A stretch of DNA of 64,000 bases from Azolla caroliniana (Eukaryota; Plantae; Polypodiophyta). The notes under the pieces are model-generated. The model ran no database searches. It saw only the letters and a list, made by a program, of their open reading frames with translations, and had not been told where the DNA came from. Position 1 is the first letter of the stretch, and every line of letters starts with the position of its first letter. The stretch is taken from NCBI GenBank assembly GCA_043228905.1, contig JBHGNT010000002.1:27776001-27840000 (forward strand), read 5' to 3'. Below, piece after piece: positions 51,480-64,000 of this stretch. The translations under genes and the position numbers were made by a program.

Positions 51480-52335
51480 AGGAAGGCCATTGTATTTATT
51501 ATTGGATGTTGGCCATCAATAATGTATAAATAATTGCACAATGTGATACTTTTATCAAAATGAATGGCAAATCTTCTTAATAGCAATACAAATACCTTTC
51601 TTCAACATTTGAGGAAGGGCATTCCATTTATTATTGAACTTTTAACATCAATAAAGTACAAATAAGTGTATGCGCCAAAATAGGGGAAATAGCACAACGA
51701 ATTACAAGAGTGATACTTCTATTGAAAAGAATAGCAATATCATCTAAATGTTAACAGAAATACCTTTGGAGTGCCTTGTTTTCTTACACATTTGGGGAAA
51801 AACATTGCATTCATTATGGGTGGCCATCAATAATGTACAAATAAGTGCTTGTACACAAAATAGGGTAAACAACACAATGTGAATGCTTCTATAAAAAATG
51901 AATGGTGATTGGCAACAACTGAAATGGCTTTATAAATACCTTGCTTTCTTAAACATTTGTGGAAGAAGAGCATTCCATTTATTATTGGACATTGATAGTC
52001 AATAACGTACAAATAAGTTTCAAGTGCTTGTACCCAAAGTAGAGGAAAAATGTAATACTTCTATATAAATGAATGCCAAACAATAATAATGGTAATGGAA
52101 ATACCCCTAGGATGCCTTGCTTTCTTAAACATTTTAAGTGGCATAAGTTTCAAGTGCTTGTACCAAAAGTAGAGGAAATACTTAAAATGTTTCTTAAACA
52201 TTTTAAGTGGCATTTTAAGTGCTTGTGCTTGTACACAATGTAACACTTCTATATAAATGAATGCCAAACAATAATAATGGTAATGGAAATACCCCTAGGA
52301 TGCCTTGATTTCTTAAACATTTTAAGTGGCATAAA
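51480..52335. repeat. Degenerate tandem repeat array downstream of the LysM gene
   Basis: CATCAATAATGTACAAATAAGTG-like units near 51514, 51647, 51825 and 52000. A near-identical block ACTTCTATATAAATGAATGCCAAAC...TTTTAAGTGGCATAA lies at ~52057 and ~52245. Confidence 0.7.
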
Positions 52336-54695
52336 AAAACTTACATGGTTCTTTATGTACCAAAGTATGTTCAAAGTATACTATGATAGCTGTAATATGG
52401 AGTGCATAAAAGGATGGATGATGATGAATAGCAAAATATAGAGTGGATAAAAGAATGAACAAGCAAAGTTTGGATCCATGGTTGAGGACAAAGGAAGCAA
52501 AAAAACAAAATGCCTTTTAGTTGTTATTTATGGTTGTTGTGATGTGTAAGTTAGAGACCATGATGAGGCACAATGGAATTGTACATGTTTGAAGAAGGAG
52601 AAAGTGGCATTGAAGTAAGGACTGGGAATAGTGGAGAGACGTAGTTATCCCATCACTAATTGATTCTTGTCTTTGCTTAATTATTAGATTCATATCAAAG
52701 AAATTCTTAAGAGCTTAACAAGAATAATGCCTATTATATTCGCCCTTACAAGCGAACATGATTGATATACATAGAATTAAACAGAGAACGTTGTGAAGAT
52801 TTAGTAGCATTATGCATATAAACAAATTGGCAATCATTAAATATGATTATCAACTTAAAAAAGACGTCTCCTTTCATACATATATGATATTAGAATGTGA
52901 AAATTGAAAGGGTTCCATAGTGAAAATTGAGACATAATGCCAATCATGCAATGTGTGCCGAGAGCAATTTGGCAAATGATTTTAATAAGACACTAAATTA
53001 CTTACGTGTAGTCATAAAATCACCAATATATAGACAATCCCTAGTCTCTCTAATAATGTGAAATATCTAATATCAACATATAGATATTTGAGAACCTAAA
53101 CATGATGTTATAATTATATACTTTTGATTATATGGAGTTGCTTCTTGAAAGGGAAATTATATTAATGGCAACATCCTTCAAAGGTTGAAAGAGAAAAGTG
53201 TTGCCTAGAACCTATGTACCTAGACCCATGCATTGGTGCCTAAAACCCTACACCCGAAATTGATGTAGGTGCAATGTATTTGCTGATTCTTAATGTTCCT
53301 CAACTATAGATTGACCCCTTTCCCCATTGCACCAACACCTACACATTGTTGGCTTTGATGGTGCCTATGTTGGGTACATTGTAAGGTATTGATGGTAATA
53401 TTGCGTCCATTGCCGTTTGTATTCATCAATCTTAAATGCCTCCATGATCATCATGTCATGATGTCTTTCCAAAACTTAGAAGAGAGGACAATTAATATGT
53501 AGAAGGTATGTTCTATAAAGTGAAGTGTCAATTTTGCCTTTTCTTCTTTTTGTAACAAAAAAGGGAGGGTTAGTTTTTCTTCACATGTGTCAAGTTGGGC
53601 ACAAAAGAGATACCAAATCATCATTGAAAGTGATTGTTGGGTTTACGATAGAAGGAACTTCATAAAATAGAAACTATATCTAAGATTTTACCACTAATTC
53701 AAAAACGGCGTAAAGCAAACCAAGTATGTGATTCAAGTGAATGAAGAGAAGATATTGACTAGCAAATTCTCCAATAGATGTTTGTCGTCACCTTAAGATG
53801 GTTGAATAAACCCAATTGCTTCAAAGAGTAAGCATTGTTAGCAATTTGCACATGACAAAAAGTATCCTACTTCATCTTTCTTTTTTCTCATCATGATGCA
53901 ACCAATCTAGGATGACCTCTTAAAAAACCCTAATTTGGGGATGCGCATGACTATGGTACCAATGTTGGTTATGTCTTAAGAGGTGTTGGAGGAAGTAAAT
54001 ATAGAGAAGTATCTTATTATTTCTTTTGTACTCAATATGAGGGGATAAATGTTTTTATACATTCATGTGTCAAAGTGCATGCATGAAATGTGTCATGCAA
54101 CTTGTCCCATATGGAGTCTCTGTAAGTAGATGCATTCATTATATTACATGAGACCTCATGTCTGCAATAAAGAACTCTTATTACTCTAATTGACAAATGA
54201 CCAATAATAACAAGGTCCTTGGCTTCAATAACAACAATCTCTCTTTTAATTTATATTATTGGCGCTCATAAAACATGTGCTTGTGTAAGTTTATTCAGTT
54301 CCCTAAACATACCCTCGATTCATCATGCACTTCCATTATCCCTGACAATCCTTGGGGTTTTTGCTCATCTCCACACACTTGCTTCGATAAGATAACAACG
54401 CCCATAGGCAACAATGCCGAAAAGTGAATAAAGACAAGCTAAGAGCTTATGTCTCTTTGATAAGGGTGTACCGCAAACACAAACCAAGGCAAGGTGAGTT
54501 GGCCCAGAGTTTGATGGCCCCCCCAAACCAACTTAGAGTCTGATGGTTCCAACCCAAAGGCTCACGAATCCAACCCAATTGCGAGTCACATGACCTCAAA
54601 CGTAGGGAGCCAATCTATGTATGTTTGTTCAACGAAAGCCAACCCAAAGTCTTTTGGGCTCTCGTGGCCCAAACAGGTCGGTCGGATCACCTTAG

Positions 54696-54957
54696 GCCAA
54701 GCCAAACCATGCCAAGCCAAACCAAACCATGCCAAGCCAAGCCAAGCCATGCCAAGCCAAGCCATGCCAAGCCAAGCCATGCCAAGCCAAGCCAAGCCAA
54801 GCCAAGCCAAGCCATGCCAAGCCAAGCCATGCCAAGCCAAGCCAAGCCAAGCCAAGCCATGCCAAGCCAAGCCAAGCCATGCCAAGCCAAGCCAAGCCAA
54901 GCCATGCCAAGCCAAGCCGAGCCAAACCAAACCAAGCCGAGCCGAGCCAAGCTAAGC
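54696..54957. repeat. (GCCAA/GCCAT)n pentanucleotide array
   Basis: About 260 bp of GCCAA units with interspersed GCCAT, ACCAA and GCCGA variants, immediately upstream of the AT-hook gene 5' region. Confidence 0.95.
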
Positions 54958-55472
54958 TAGAGAGAGAGTTTTGGGGTGTGTGTGTTTGTGTGTTCTTCTC
55001 TCCGAATCGCCATATCCGACAAAAGCTTTTTGCTGATCTATAGAGCCTATGCACAGAAGACATCTGCTCAACGTTTTTCATCAAGAGTCTCCATGCTCCA
55101 CAGCTCTGCTAATTAGAGCGGTACAGGTGAATTCTCCTTCCTCTTCCTCTTCTTCTATGCGCATCTTTCAAGCTTCCATGGATATCTGGCTTACATGTAA
55201 GTCTTTTTTATAAAGAGCATAGTGGTAACTACTCATCATCACCATCATCTGCTTCTTCTTCTCCTTAGGTGATAGAGTTCGTCATTAGATATCAGAACTG
55301 TTCAATCTTTGATGGATTGTTAACGAAAGGTAAGAACTAAATTTCTTCTGTGATGCTTTTTGTTCTTTGCTTCAGTAGATGCAAACGAAGAAGGAAGGAT
55401 GGCAGGAGAAGAATAAATAAGAACGAAGAAAAAAGAACAAGTAACAGAAGTAGAAAGAAGGGTTAGACAGAG

Positions 55473-57001
55473 ATGGAGAATATTAGCTTTGGTAATGGAG
55501 AAGATGGTCAGATTCCATTCAAGGAGGAGAAGGAGAAGAAGAAGAGAGGGAGACCTAGAAAATCAGAACAGGTAATAAAAATTGTAAAGAAGAAGAAGGA
55601 ACTACACTCACAAACTACTGAAGATGATGTGTGGAAGCTCATGGAGACCTCAGGTGCAAACTCAGAGAAGCAACTGCTCATGAAAGGTGAGAGAAATCTA
55701 ATTTCTTGCAACTAATGCATACGCACACAATAAAAAAACATTTAGTTCTTGTTCAAACAAATAATTCTCTAGGTTGAGTTTTTTTCTCTGAGAAAGATTA
55801 CACTCTTCTCCCTGTGAAATTTATGGTTTTGTTGTTGTGAACAGTTTTCACGTCCTCTTGGGAAATCAGCTTTTAGGCTCTTGGTAACTTTAGGATTTTT
55901 TTGTTGTAAAACATTTTACAGTGTTGGGAATTAGGATTTTTGGTTTTAAAGAAATTAGGGTTTGTAGAAAGTATGTGGACCATCGGAAAGATGCAGGATT
56001 TTGAGAAGCAGAAATAATGTTTTCCTGGGCGTTTAGGATGCGTGGAATCTTGAGAAGATTAAAAATACGATTGTCTAGAAAGTTAGGGTTATGAGCATTC
56101 AAAATTGAGGTTTTAACGAGTTAGATTTTCAGATGCAGAGAAATGAGATGTTCTCAAAGCTTAAGGTTTTGATAAGCAGGAAAAATGGGACACTCTGAAT
56201 GGTTAGGGGTTTGAGAAGCAGAAAATATGGTCTTATGAAAGGTTGGGTTTTGAGAAGTTAGTGATGATCTGGAAGATTGGGTTTACACACGCAGGAAATT
56301 CTCTGAAAGGTTAAAATCATAATGAGGTGATTCTATGAAAAATTCGAGGGTCTGAGAAGCAGACTGATGAGGTGATTCTCCGAATGATTAGAGGTCTGAG
56401 AAGTAGGAAAATAAACAAAGAGGTGATTGCTTCAAAAACATTGAGAGGTTTTGGAAGGAATGAGACAGTGATTCTCTGAAAGAATAGAAATTAGAATATA
56501 AGAGAGAGAGAGGCGATTGATCCACAAGATTTGAGAGGTATTGGATAGGGAATGAGAATACACAACAGTGGTTTTGAAAATAAAGAAGAAAAATGTTAAA
56601 ATTTAGGGTTTTGAGCTGCTGGAAATGTTATTGACAAATTAGGAATTTGCAGAGACAGAAATAAAAAAACAAAAATGATTTCTCTGAATGACTTGGAGGG
56701 AATTTTAACAGGACATGAGAAGCAGAAACAAACCGAAGGAGAAGGGGTGGTGCATGTTGCCAATATCAAGCAAGGTGTGGGTGAGTATGTAGACGGAGTG
56801 ATAGATGGGGCCTTTGATGCTGGGTATCTTGTGACCATTAAAATTGGTTCAGACGCAGATAGACTGTACCATGGTGTTGTCTTTGGTCCTGAGCTTTATA
56901 CTCCCATTAACCAGCAGAATGATGTAGTTCCTCAGCTCAAGATGATCACTTATGCATCACAAGGAACATCTGACTATGGCTATGGCTATGGCTTAGCTTA
57001 G
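55473..57001 (+). CDS. AT-hook protein, METABOLIC NETWORK MODULATOR 1-like; exons 55473-55686 and 56712-57001
   Basis: AT-hook KKKRGRPRK; phase-1 intron AAG|GTGAG...AACAG|GA; domain VGEYVDGVIDGAFDAGYLVTIKIG...GVVFGP...NDVVP. Probable 5' UTR introns have donors near 55127 and 55330. Confidence 0.85.
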
Positions 57002-57019
57002 CTTTAGCTCAGTGTCGAT

Positions 57020-57520
57020 AAGGTCACCATTCATCATTTTAGGAGATAAATTGTATATGGGCTCATCATGATTTAGTATAGATCATGGGCTTATCATTAC
57101 TCAACATAAGGTATAAGCCCATCATCATTCAAAGTAAGGTATATACCTATCATTATTGCAACGTAAGGTATTAAGCTCGCTACAATTCGTGGTTGTAAGG
57201 TTTTAAGCTTATCATCATTCATCATAAGCTGTCATTCATCATAAGCTGTTAAGTTCATCATCATTCATCCTAAGTTACAAGGTTATCATTCAACATAAAT
57301 TATGTAAGTTAACCATTATTCAGCATGAAGTATATATATAAGCACATAATCATTCAGCATAAGGTATGAAAGATCATCATCATTAAGCATCAGGTATATA
57401 AGCAAATATCATTCAGTATAAGCTATGACCTCATCATTCAGCGTAAGGTTTAAGCTCATCATTCATCATCCAATGTAATGTATGAGGTCATCATTCATCA
57501 TCCAACATAATGTATGATTT
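57020..57520. repeat. Degenerate ~30-bp minisatellite (consensus ~CATCATTCAGCATAAGGTATATAAGCT), left part
   Basis: Many successive CATCATTCA.C.TAAGGT units directly after the AT-hook stop codon. Confidence 0.8.
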
Positions 57521-57523
57521 GTT

Positions 57524-59380
57524 GGTGTGATGTAAGAACTAACAAACTCTTGATTGTGATCAACAAGAGTGGGCGATTGACAACTTAATGCATTAATCAT
57601 ACTTGGCCATTAGAGTTAATGCATTAATAGGGTTAGTAATCTTATATATTTAAACAACCTAGGGTGAGAAATCCATTGTTGTTGAGGCACTTCAGACCAT
57701 TTGTTATATGTCTCTCATGGGAGTACATGAATTTACACCATTGTACCATCCTCCATTGTATTTTGCTTAGTCACCCTTTGTTTTTTTAATTGTCTGTGTT
57801 GTTCACTCTAATTGTGTTGGGGTGTGGTCCATGAAAAGTTTCACAAGGCATCATGCATATACAGGTTCACATATTCAACGATAAGGGTTGGACTTAGGGG
57901 TTCGAGATGAGGTAACAATAATCAAGAGACAGTTTTAGCGTGACTCATTGCTTGTAGATAGAGGACATTAACAAATGGGAGTGGACCCGTTTGCATATGG
58001 AGGTAATGATTGATTGCTAATGGTTTGAGGACCCAAGCTCAGGAGCACAAACGATACATTGTGGAAGTTCAAGATAATGGCCATTTTTTTCCTTTGAGCT
58101 TTTGCACATTGTGGTCAAACTTAATGCGAGGTCGAAAAAACTCTAGACCAAAGTTCTTGACAATGCTTTAAATATGTAAGCATAGAGAAGATGCGATATG
58201 AATGCCATTTTAAGACATAGAATGTGACATATTCTTGGAGAATTTTCTAGAATCAAAAGAACTTATAGAATTTGTTAGTTGGGGGACTCATGGTCAAAGG
58301 ATAGATAGTCCCCTACTTCAATTGGGATAAATGGAGTTCATCAAAATAGTGAAACATCTTTGAGATCACATGGCTAAGAAGAAATGGTGCAAATTTGTAT
58401 TTATGCTTGCCCTATCATAAATAGTGGAATCTTAGAGAAATCAAAGGAAGATGTACAACAAACCATCATAAATATAAACATGATGCAAGAGACAAAATGC
58501 GTAGATTAAGATTAGGCTTTGAGCTACCCAATTCAATCAAAGAAGATTTGACACGATGCAAGACAGATGACCAAATGATATTTGCAAAAGAAGGGCCCAA
58601 GGGTTCTGAAATCATTCATTTTAATTGCACAATCATAACAACTTAGGGTCCTATCTGATTAGAGTTTAAATTTGGCAAGTGTATCCAAATGGTTATCTGA
58701 AAGTAGAAATGTCATCAATCATAATGAAAGGTCATGATATGGCGGAGACTTATGCAAGGGTTGAAGTAGCCACCAAGATCTTGGTAGAAGCTGATATATA
58801 CACTCCTCTTTGTTAGCTTATTCATGTCTGAGTGTAGGTGGTTCTCTATGTCAAAACAAAACGTAAGTAAATAATGATCTTCTAGAATGGGTTCTTTGAT
58901 AGATACAATGTAAGAATAATGGCAAGAGTTGCAAATGGGTGTCAAGTTTTGTTTTTTTTAATGGATACCTCAAGAAGAAGTTTTCATGAACCAATTACCA
59001 TGTTTGAGTTGCCAAAAACATAAAGAAAATTCATGAGGTATGGGCAATTCTGGGTTCAAGGGTTTGCTAATGAGTTTTATATGTCGGTAGAGGTGTATCC
59101 ACACACACTTTTGTTCTTAATATGTTTAGAATGAAGAATGGGAAGTAGGTTTTCATAGTGATGGAGGTCATTTTGAAACTACCAAAAAATGGAAGTGTAA
59201 ATACTATAATCTACTTTGCAAACTCTTAAATCTATAGAACGCAAGGCCAACAAACTTAGGATGTAACTAGAAAGGAATAATTCGCAAGCTAGAATGTATA
59301 TTTGAAGTTACTCAAAGGTTAAGGCTAGAGTTGGCCAATAGACAAAGTTGGTTAGGCACCATGTTTGTCTATTGCTTCCA
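57524..59380 (+). mobile_element. Deleted Ty1/copia relic inserted into the minisatellite
   Basis: RT remnant ELQMGVKFCFFNGYL/EEVFMNQLP near 58925-59005 (cf. QMDVKTAFLNG.L.EEVYM.QP). LTR-like TATA-containing segment at ~57524-57845. The same repeats flank it on both sides. Confidence 0.6.
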
Positions 59381-59384
59381 TCAT

Positions 59385-59560
59385 CTCGTGGTCGCTCAAA
59401 AGGTATATAAGCTCATTGTCATTCAACCTAAGCTATCTATGCTCATCATCATTCGATATAAAGTATGTGAGGCAGTCAACCAAAGCTATGTAAATTCATC
59501 ATCATTCAACGTAAGGTAAATATATCTTATTATTCTAATAAGTTACAACGTAAGGCATAC
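59385..59560. repeat. Right part of the ~30-bp minisatellite
   Basis: AAGGTATATAAGCTCATTGTCATTCAACCTAAG and CATCATTCAACGTAAGGT units match those at 57020-57520. Confidence 0.7.
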
Positions 59561-60748
59561 GATGTATGATGTGGACTTTATCCGAAAAGTTTTATTGAAT
59601 GACATTACACTTATCACTTGCATTTTTTTAATAACTAATCAGTTACCACTTGCATTTAATAGGAAATCGGTTTTTGGTATTAAAGCATGAAAAAAATATG
59701 GGAGTCTCATAATATGCAATAAAGAGAGGAGATCATGAGGAAAAAATACAATAAGATAAATCTGATTTGAAAGACAAACATCCACATTCAATATAACAAG
59801 CATGTGCTCAAAGAAAAACATGAATTGAAGAGCAAGAGAGCTAAATTCTTTACCTCTAATGGTAATGTTTTGTTCTGACCAAATTGTTGCCCGACTTCTA
59901 AAACCATTTAAAGTAGCAAGATCACAATGAAATCACTATACACTTTCATCACATTTGTGCTTTGGATTACTAGGAATGTTTGTGCTCAAGATCTCCTCAG
60001 GTCAAAAAGCAAATTCTTTTATCGTATCAAGTGGTTACCTTAAAATAGATCGATCACACTCATTGTGATCACTAAAAAAAAGGGCATAAATGATTTGGTA
60101 ACATGCAAAAACATGCAATCAAATAAATAAGATCAAACAATTTAAAGCTTTAAGTCATTTGCATCCACCGAGTATTGCTAATAACAAACGTGAAAGTACC
60201 ATGTATGGATTTTCCTATCAGTGAAACATATTTAAAAATATATGTTTCACAAATGCTTAATTTGAACAAAGAGATAACATTTCTTGATCTCCTAGGATGG
60301 TATTTTCCCAAGGGTATTGGTCTTTTTGCTATTGTAATTTGTTACCTCACCATTCTTTCAACTTTTTTTTATTTTCTACCCCCAATGCATGTGATTGTGC
60401 TATATTATGCATGAAGAGATATGTGAACATCAAACAAGCAGACAATCATATGGATGTGGACTATCTTCAATTGTCATATGATTCCATGGAGTTAATGTAT
60501 TTACATTATTAGCTTATATTAATCTTTATATACAATCAAGCCTCAAGTTGATTGGCCATAAGCAAACAAATTATAATTGTGTCACCAGCTTTTTGACCAA
60601 GTGAATTCTCAAAAATGAGATTGTAAAGAATCTACACTTAAACATCATATAGGAAGATCCATCAACACAAATTATCCCACGAAGAATCTCTAATCATGGA
60701 ACAAGTTATTATGTATTTGTGATGATTCATTAGGCAATGAAGGGCCAA

Positions 60749-61376
60749 TCAATCTTCGGTCAGGGGTTCATTAAGATAATTTGGTAGTAATGGTTCTACA
60801 GTAGCCACAACGGTGATCAAGGCCAAGAAACTCAAAATAGAGAACACCATCCACATGCCTACAGTCAAGCACATAATCTGCAAATGTTAGATTAGTAAAC
60901 AAGCACTACATGCACTCATTTATTTATTTAGTTTTGACTACATGTCAAACTACATTTACTCATTTATTTATTTATTACTACAACAAAGACAGTCATTTAT
61001 TTATCACTACAACAAAGAAACGCTACTTTGATTAGTTATTTGTTCAGTCATTTCTTTATTTCTTTCTTATTTATTCAGAATTTTATTTCTTATTCATCTG
61101 TTTATATAATTATTTATTTACTTTAAAGAAATTAAACATGTTTTGTAAGCATATCTACCAGGAAGAAAAGATGCGCCCATCCGTCCTTGGGCCCAAGAAA
61201 ATCTGTAAACCAGAATTTCCAGACATGAAAAATGTAAATGAGAATTTAGCTGAAAATGATCCTTATTATTATTATTATTTAACATACATCATTCCGGCAG
61301 TTGCTGGAGCGATAGCTTTGAATAGTGACATCAAGCTTGTCGAAATGCCATTCGCAACTCCTCGCTTTGAACTATC
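60749..61376 (-). CDS. ZIF1/ZIFL-type MFS transporter, last three exons (61376-61288, 61202-61159, 60858-60749); upstream exons probably outside the window
   Basis: Spliced peptide DSSKRGVANGISTSLMSLFKAIAPATAGMIFSWAQGRMGASFLPGMWMVFSILSFLALITVVATVEPLLP... matches the ZIFL C-terminus (RGAANGI....MSLFK...P..AG.IFSW....A.FLPG..MVF.IL). Confidence 0.88.
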
Positions 61377-62539
61377 CTGTAATGCCAAAAAAGAAATGTG
61401 ATATGAATGTTATTAATCATGCTGTTATATAATCATGTTTAAGTTCTAGCGTATCATATTGTAATAATTTTCTATCCACTGCCAAATTTGGGGGATTTCT
61501 TTTCTATCCATTTTCATATATTAGAGCATTAATTTGACAGGAATGATCCTGACCCCATGATTTTTATCCAATCTCATTATATACACCTTCATTGTGATGC
61601 ATAAACACAAATGCCAAATAGTAAAATTTGCTACATACCACCGAATTATTAATCAGCATAAATGTTCCAGTCACAACGCAAGTCTGTGGACATTAACAAC
61701 AAATAAACTGATGTCACTTGAAAATGAGTTAATCCAAGTCCAAATTCATGTTCTATTTGTTACATACAAACAATAATCTCAACAATCATGGAAGTTAGTG
61801 ATTAATAACCACATACTATGTTAGACATTGATTCACTTGTAGTTAGAGAGATATTTTGCGCTAAGAAATTCTAAATGTCTGTTAATACCACAAGAATCTT
61901 GGTGATATGTGTGGTTTTCTAACAAAATAACATGTGGGATAGTAGATAATAATGTAATAACTGCTATCTCGATATCCATGCAAACTGTGGTCATTGGAGC
62001 ATGCAGTATATAGGGAGCGACATGTGAAAAACTCTCTGAAAATGATCTCAATGCTCATGTACGTCATTCTCTCCCCAATGCTCTATGGGTTCATTGTGCA
62101 GATCTTTAAGATCTCCCAATGATGCAAAGTCTATATATATGATTCCACTTAAACATTCTGGCTGTATAAGAAAGCATTAGAACCTGCTGTTTATCTGTAT
62201 CTAGATGATCATATTAGTCCTGGTGCCCAAACTGCTAATGCACACATCAATGCAGGAGTGAATAATTAAAAGCCACTTTCCTGTATACCTTACATGCCGC
62301 CACCATTGGTCCTCATATTCCATTACCTTATTTCATGCTATCTCCCTCTTATTTCATTAAAATGGTACAATGGCAAACTTAGTACTCTTCAAATTCCACT
62401 ACCTAATGTCACAATTGGCAGATTTTTTCTTACAGGACTGTGCATGTATATCTGCTTACCTCAACCTCTATCTGATGTGACCAGGTCCACAGCTGCCCTA
62501 TTACACTGCACTGCACATGGATAAATGTATGTCCCTATA

Positions 62540-63520
62540 AGAGGCCCTGATAATGATTCTATCCTTTCATGTGTGCCTCATATTAGGCCATCTTCCTTAC
62601 AAGAGTTGTTGTGGGGTTAATCCATGTTATTACGTTAGCCAATTTGAAAATATCAGTGTGGATCACTCTATTCTTTTACACTTCGGTCAAGTTTAGATAG
62701 GGAGAATCCAAGCTATATCGGAACGGAGGTAGTGCATTTATGCTTATGTCATGTGACTCAAACCAGTATTACGTATCAGTATATGAACAATGATTATCTC
62801 TACATTTAGCAAGTTGTTTTGATGACACAAGTGCCAAATTTGAGTATCTTCATATAGGGAGCTCCCAAAGTCATTGGTTACCAGTCATTGATAAGATTTA
62901 CTGCCTCGATGACTATTGGGGCCGGTCCCATCTTTGCAGAATTTTATAATGGGGGCACCACTGCTTTTCTCCTTATCATGTGGGTAATCATCAAGACTAA
63001 AGGTCTCTCCAAATCTTTCAAATTATTTGACTTGGGCAGACTTGGTCCCTAGGTTTCTATTCAGTAGAGAATAGTAAATGTGACAGGTATCAAATAGCCA
63101 CAATTTAGTTCATGGCTCTTGATATTTGTGCACATTGTCTTGCAAGAGCACTAAGGCCTGCATATCCACTAGAAAGTCGAGCACAGGATGCCTCCTGTAA
63201 GGAAAAGTAAGGCCCTCTAAATGTTACTCCTAGGTATGGGCAAGATTGTGTGTATGCCACCTTTTCCTCTCCCAAGAAGAATTCTGGTTCTGATCTTGTT
63301 ACCAATGCATAAACATCATCACTTTAGTTTTATCTAGGTTACCAATGAACCTTTTCTCCACAGAAAATAATTGCACGGCCTTTAGATGTCTTTGTCGCAC
63401 CTCCAAAGAGTCAGATCAACACAATGTCGTCAGCATATACTAACATCTTTATGTAATGTGATACCTCATCTATATAAAACAGTGGAGATCTTTGTTTTTC
63501 TCCGATAGTGCTAGACACAG
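62540..63520 (-). mobile_element. LINE reverse-transcriptase relic in the ZIFL intron
   Basis: Minus strand MLVYADDIVLI near 63415-63447, VNLDKTKVM, and EPEFFLGEEKVAYTQSCPYLGVTF; stops and frameshifts throughout. Confidence 0.8.
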
Positions 63521-63699
63521 AATCCTACACCCCATTGGGAGATCGCTCTTTTCCTGACACAGATTGATACAGTGCATAGATTCTAAGTTGCATTTCTATG
63601 GGAACACCAAGTGCATCTAGAAAGAAGGATATATATATATATATAAACCAAGGTATGATTCTTTCGGTTGTACTGTTGTCGTTCAGCAACTCTCCATAT

Positions 63700-64000
63700 T
63701 GCTTTAGTTTTAGCAAGAACAGTATGAATCACGATTGATCTTTGTATTCCATTACTTTGTATCGTGGGGTATCTCAAATTCTAACTAATTTTAAGAGGTC
63801 TTGAGTTGCCCCATCAATTTCTAATGGCGTGTATGAGATGGATGTGTATCCATATAAAAGTTCCTGATGAAGAATGCATCCTGCGACGTAAGTAAAAAGA
63901 GTGTCCTATAGAGCCATCTTCAAGCAAGAGATGCCATGGGGTTCATCCATGTTCTTTCACTATCCAATTTGATGATATCAGTATGGATCACTCTATTCCT
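63700..64000 (-). mobile_element. 3' part of a second related LINE copy, running off the window
   Basis: 63880-64000 resembles 62560-62680 (GGGGTT.ATCCATGTT...CCAATTTGA..ATATCAGT.TGGATCACTCTATTC). Confidence 0.6.

Noticed and set aside
53480-54100. Possible second ZNF862-like hAT relic (VKCQFC...)
   Set aside because: Too degraded to support.
54586-55084. Six overlapping ORFs with GLAWL/AKPSQ repeats
   Set aside because: They are artefacts of a stop-free pentanucleotide repeat; there is no sign of real coding.
57020-57520. CRISPR-like ~30-bp periodicity
   Set aside because: The units are degenerate and contiguous with no unique spacers, there are no cas genes, and the context is eukaryotic.

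Overview
AT-rich eukaryotic nuclear DNA from a land plant, most likely a fern or another seed-free plant. This is inferred from the style of the PLS-E PPR genes and the transposons; it is not proven. No prokaryotic features or CRISPR arrays are present. Genes reconstructed by hand from splice sites: an uncharacterised acidic-N-terminus gene (minus, ~2.2-3.15 kb, 3' end unresolved); a divergent Aux/IAA (minus, 7.8-9.5 kb) with a TGTC-rich promoter; an intron-containing reticulon pseudogene (minus, 21-22.9 kb); an intronless 863-aa PLS-E PPR gene with a tandem PPR pseudogene; a 13-exon MDIS1/MRH1-type LRR receptor pseudokinase; a LysM-domain gene; an AT-hook MNM1-like gene; and the last three exons of a ZIF1/ZIFL MFS transporter. 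Intergenic and intronic DNA holds copia, LINE and hAT relics, a 5'-truncated LINE with a perfect TSD, a hAT MITE with a nested tRNA-derived SINE, a ~2.8-kb long-TIR foldback element in the LysM intron, and many local tandem duplications. The most notable observation is the Aux/IAA: it keeps its degron but has a degenerate EAR motif and a charge-reversed acidic PB1 face. I found no convincing wholly new multi-gene system.
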